Source: Alphaproteobacteria bacterium (GTDB lineage: Bacteria; Pseudomonadota; Alphaproteobacteria; CACIAM-22H2). From it: DNA of 64,000 nucleotides. The notes below the pieces were generated by a model. The model made no database searches and was not told where the DNA came from. It saw only the letters and a program-made list of their open reading frames with translations. Each line of letters starts with the position of its first letter. Position 1 is the first letter of the stretch. Shown here in pieces: positions 62,050 to 64,000 of the stretch. Location: assembly GCA_036381615.1 (NCBI GenBank), contig DASVCL010000069.1:8154-72153 (forward strand), written 5' to 3'. The translations under genes and the position numbers were made by a program.

Positions 62050-63303
62050 CTAGAACGCGAATTCGGTCGCGAGGAACAATCCGACGCCGATCAAAAAGCC
62101 GAGCACGGTGCCGTTGATGCGGACGTACTGAAGCTCGGTTCCCGCCCACAATTCCATGCGCCGCGTGAACTCCGCCGTGTTCCAGGCGCGGACCTCGTCG
62201 GCGATGAAGCGGGCGATGCGTGCCCGCCACGGCACGTGCTCGGTGCTGATGGCCGCGTCGATCATGGCGGTCAGCTTCCCGGCGATGGCGGGGTCGGTCT
62301 CCAGCGTCGTGCCGAAGGCGACCAGCCGGTCGGCGACGGCGCGCCTGAGGGCGGGCGCGGGCGAGGCGATGTCGTCGAGGAGCGCCCGCCGGACGTCATC
62401 CCACAGCGAGCTCATCCAGGCCTGCACCTCGGGAAGATTGATCGCCCGGCGCATCACCGCGTTGATCCGCGCGCGCAGGCTCTCGTCGGCCTCGAGGTCG
62501 TGGGCGAGGCGCAGCAGCGCCGCTTCCAGCCGCGTCGCGGTCGGGTGATCCGGGCGGGACAGATCGCTGGCCGCCTCCTGAAGGATGACGACGAGGCGCC
62601 GGGCCAGATAGCGGTCGACCTTCTTCGGCAGGAACCACAGGCGGCGCTCGACCGCATCGTCGATCGCCTCGGCGTTGTCGGCGATGAGGCTTTGAAGGAC
62701 CGGCAGGCTGCGCTGCAGCAGGGCCTTGTGATGGCCGCGCGTCACCAGGGCCCGCAGCATCGTGCCGAGAATCGCCGCAAGGTCGAGCGAGCTCAAATGG
62801 CTGCCGAAGACCTGCGCGACCAGCCGGCGCATGTCGCGGTCGTCGACCGCCGACAGGATCGAGGGCAGCACATCCATCATCCGCTCGGCCGCGCGCTCGG
62901 CGTTGCTGCGGTCGGACAGCCATCGCGCCGCGTGCCCGATCAGGTCGATGGCCTTGATCTCCTTGGCGATGGCATGGGTTGCCAGGAAGTTGTCGACGAC
63001 GAAGGTGCCGAGCCATTCGCCCACGCGGTCCTTCTGCCGGGGGACGATCGCCGTGTGCGGAATCGGCAACCCGAGCGGCCGCCGGAACAGGGCCGTGACG
63101 GCGAACCAGTCGGCCAGCCCGCCGACGATGGCGGCCTCGGCGCCGGCCTGGAGGAGCCGGACCCAGAATCCGGGCGCCTCAATCGCCGTCGTCGCCGCGA
63201 ACAGGCCGGCGCAGGCGATCAGCAGCCCGGTCGCGATCAGCCGGTACTGCCGCAACTGGGCCGTTTGCTGTTCCTCGCGGGATAGGTTGGGGGAGGGCCG
63301 CAT
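62050..63303 (-). CDS. DUF445 domain-containing membrane-associated protein
   Basis: An N-terminal TM, GGLADWFAVTALFRRPLGLPIPHTAIVPRQKDR and a C-terminal TM match DUF445 (YjiN/YheB-like). Start at MRPSPNL. Confidence 0.7.
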   Translation of the reverse strand: MRPSPNLSREEQQTAQLRQYRLIATGLLIACAGLFAATTAIEAPGFWVRLLQAGAEAAIVGGLADWFAVTALFRRPLGLPIPHTAIVPRQKDRVGEWLGTFVVDNFLATHAIAKEIKAIDLIGHAARWLSDRSNAERAAERMMDVLPSILSAVDDRDMRRLVAQVFGSHLSSLDLAAILGTMLRALVTRGHHKALLQRSLPVLQSLIADNAEAIDDAVERRLWFLPKKVDRYLARRLVVILQEAASDLSRPDHPTATRLEAALLRLAHDLEADESLRARINAVMRRAINLPEVQAWMSSLWDDVRRALLDDIASPAPALRRAVADRLVAFGTTLETDPAIAGKLTAMIDAAISTEHVPWRARIARFIADEVRAWNTAEFTRRMELWAGTELQYVRINGTVLGFLIGVGLFLATEFAF

Positions 63304-63508
63304 CGGATCGGGCGTGGTTCGGTAGGGGCTCCATGCATCGCGGTCGCAGGACCGTTGAATTTGAACGCAATTGCCGCCGGCTCGGGTCGCTTGGCGCGGG
63401 TCGCGGGCGGGGCCTATACTCGGATGACATTCGGGCCGGATTTGGGCCGATCCGGGGTCGGCGGTTACGCCCGGATGGTGCGCCCGCCCGCGTAGTTTCG
63501 GAGGTAGC

Positions 63509-63811
63509 ATGGACGACAAGACCCGCACCGAGCTCGAGGCCGCTGCATTCCGCCGCCTGGTCGATCACCTGCGCACGCGCACCGACGTGCAGAACATCGA
63601 CCTGATGAATCTGGCGGGATTTTGCCGGAACTGCCTGTCGAACTGGTATCGCGAGGCCGCCGAGGCCAAGGGCATTGCGATGACCAAGGACCAGTCGCGC
63701 GAGATCATCTACGGCATGCCGTACGAGGAGTGGAAGGCGAAATACCAGAAAGAGGCATCGCCGGAGCAGCTGAAGCAGTTCGCCGCACAAGGCGGCCCGC
63801 ACAAGCACTGA
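63509..63811 (+). CDS. DUF1244 domain-containing protein
   Basis: 100 aa. The AAFRRLVDHLRTRTDVQNIDLMNLAGFCRNCLSNWY pattern is typical of DUF1244. Confidence 0.7.
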   Translation: MDDKTRTELEAAAFRRLVDHLRTRTDVQNIDLMNLAGFCRNCLSNWYREAAEAKGIAMTKDQSREIIYGMPYEEWKAKYQKEASPEQLKQFAAQGGPHKH

Positions 63812-64000
63812 AACCCGACATCACGGCCGCGGGCACGGGCGCACGGGACCTGTCCGCGGCCGTTGAAACATCGACACCATGGCGGACACGGCAACCTGCC
63901 GCACCCGGCGCGTCGTACGCCCCCAATCCCTCTTCATCTCTTCCGAGTCGTCGCGGGCTCAAGTCCGCCGGGGTGCTTCGCGTTCGGGGCGTGAATCGCG

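Overview
This is a high-GC (~68%) chromosomal segment that is almost entirely core alphaproteobacterial housekeeping. Gene content and order suggest Rhodospirillales-like, which is an inference. I found no tRNA, rRNA, CRISPR array, transposase, integrase or other mobile-element signature, and nothing that looks like a novel defence system. Recognisable syntenic blocks are listed below. Minus strand: prs-rplY(ctc)-pth-ychF; lgt, an NDUFAF7-like methyltransferase and pgeF; uvrC-pgsA-mobB-moeA-moaD-moaE; uvrB; pyk, glycerate kinase and an EamA transporter; an EnvZ/OmpR-like two-component pair. Plus strand: ubiK-ybjN-proC-ybaK, a TetR regulator, phasin and csaA; kup; ahpC-ahpD, an aspartate aminotransferase, panE, an ABC exporter, an EF-G paralog and dps; GntR with dctPQM, an RpiB-family isomerase and ribokinase; an N-formylglutamate-amidohydrolase-like gene with ybdK. 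The non-obvious signals are mostly regulatory or small-scale. (1) 17-bp Irr/ICE-type boxes (TTTAGAA-N3-TTCTAAA) sit in both the ahpCD and dps promoters. (2) A diverged EF-G-like GTPase with a non-canonical G1 motif lies directly downstream of an ABC exporter. (3) A folB, PTR1/FolM-like SDR and MFS operon looks like a pterin module. (4) An in-frame internal-deletion remnant of the amino-acid-binding protein gene aapJ sits between a long palindrome and an intrinsic terminator. (5) A 42-aa hydrophobic ORF is translationally coupled (ATGA overlap) to an MFS transporter. (6) MoaD carries four residues (CGEP) beyond the normally terminal Gly-Gly. (7) Several strong palindromes and direct repeats lie in otherwise GC-rich intergenic DNA. 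Many long ORFs in the six-frame track are GC-driven antisense artefacts and were rejected. Start codons were placed using the family-conserved N-terminus, an RBS and the ORF-track frame. A few coordinates may be off by one.
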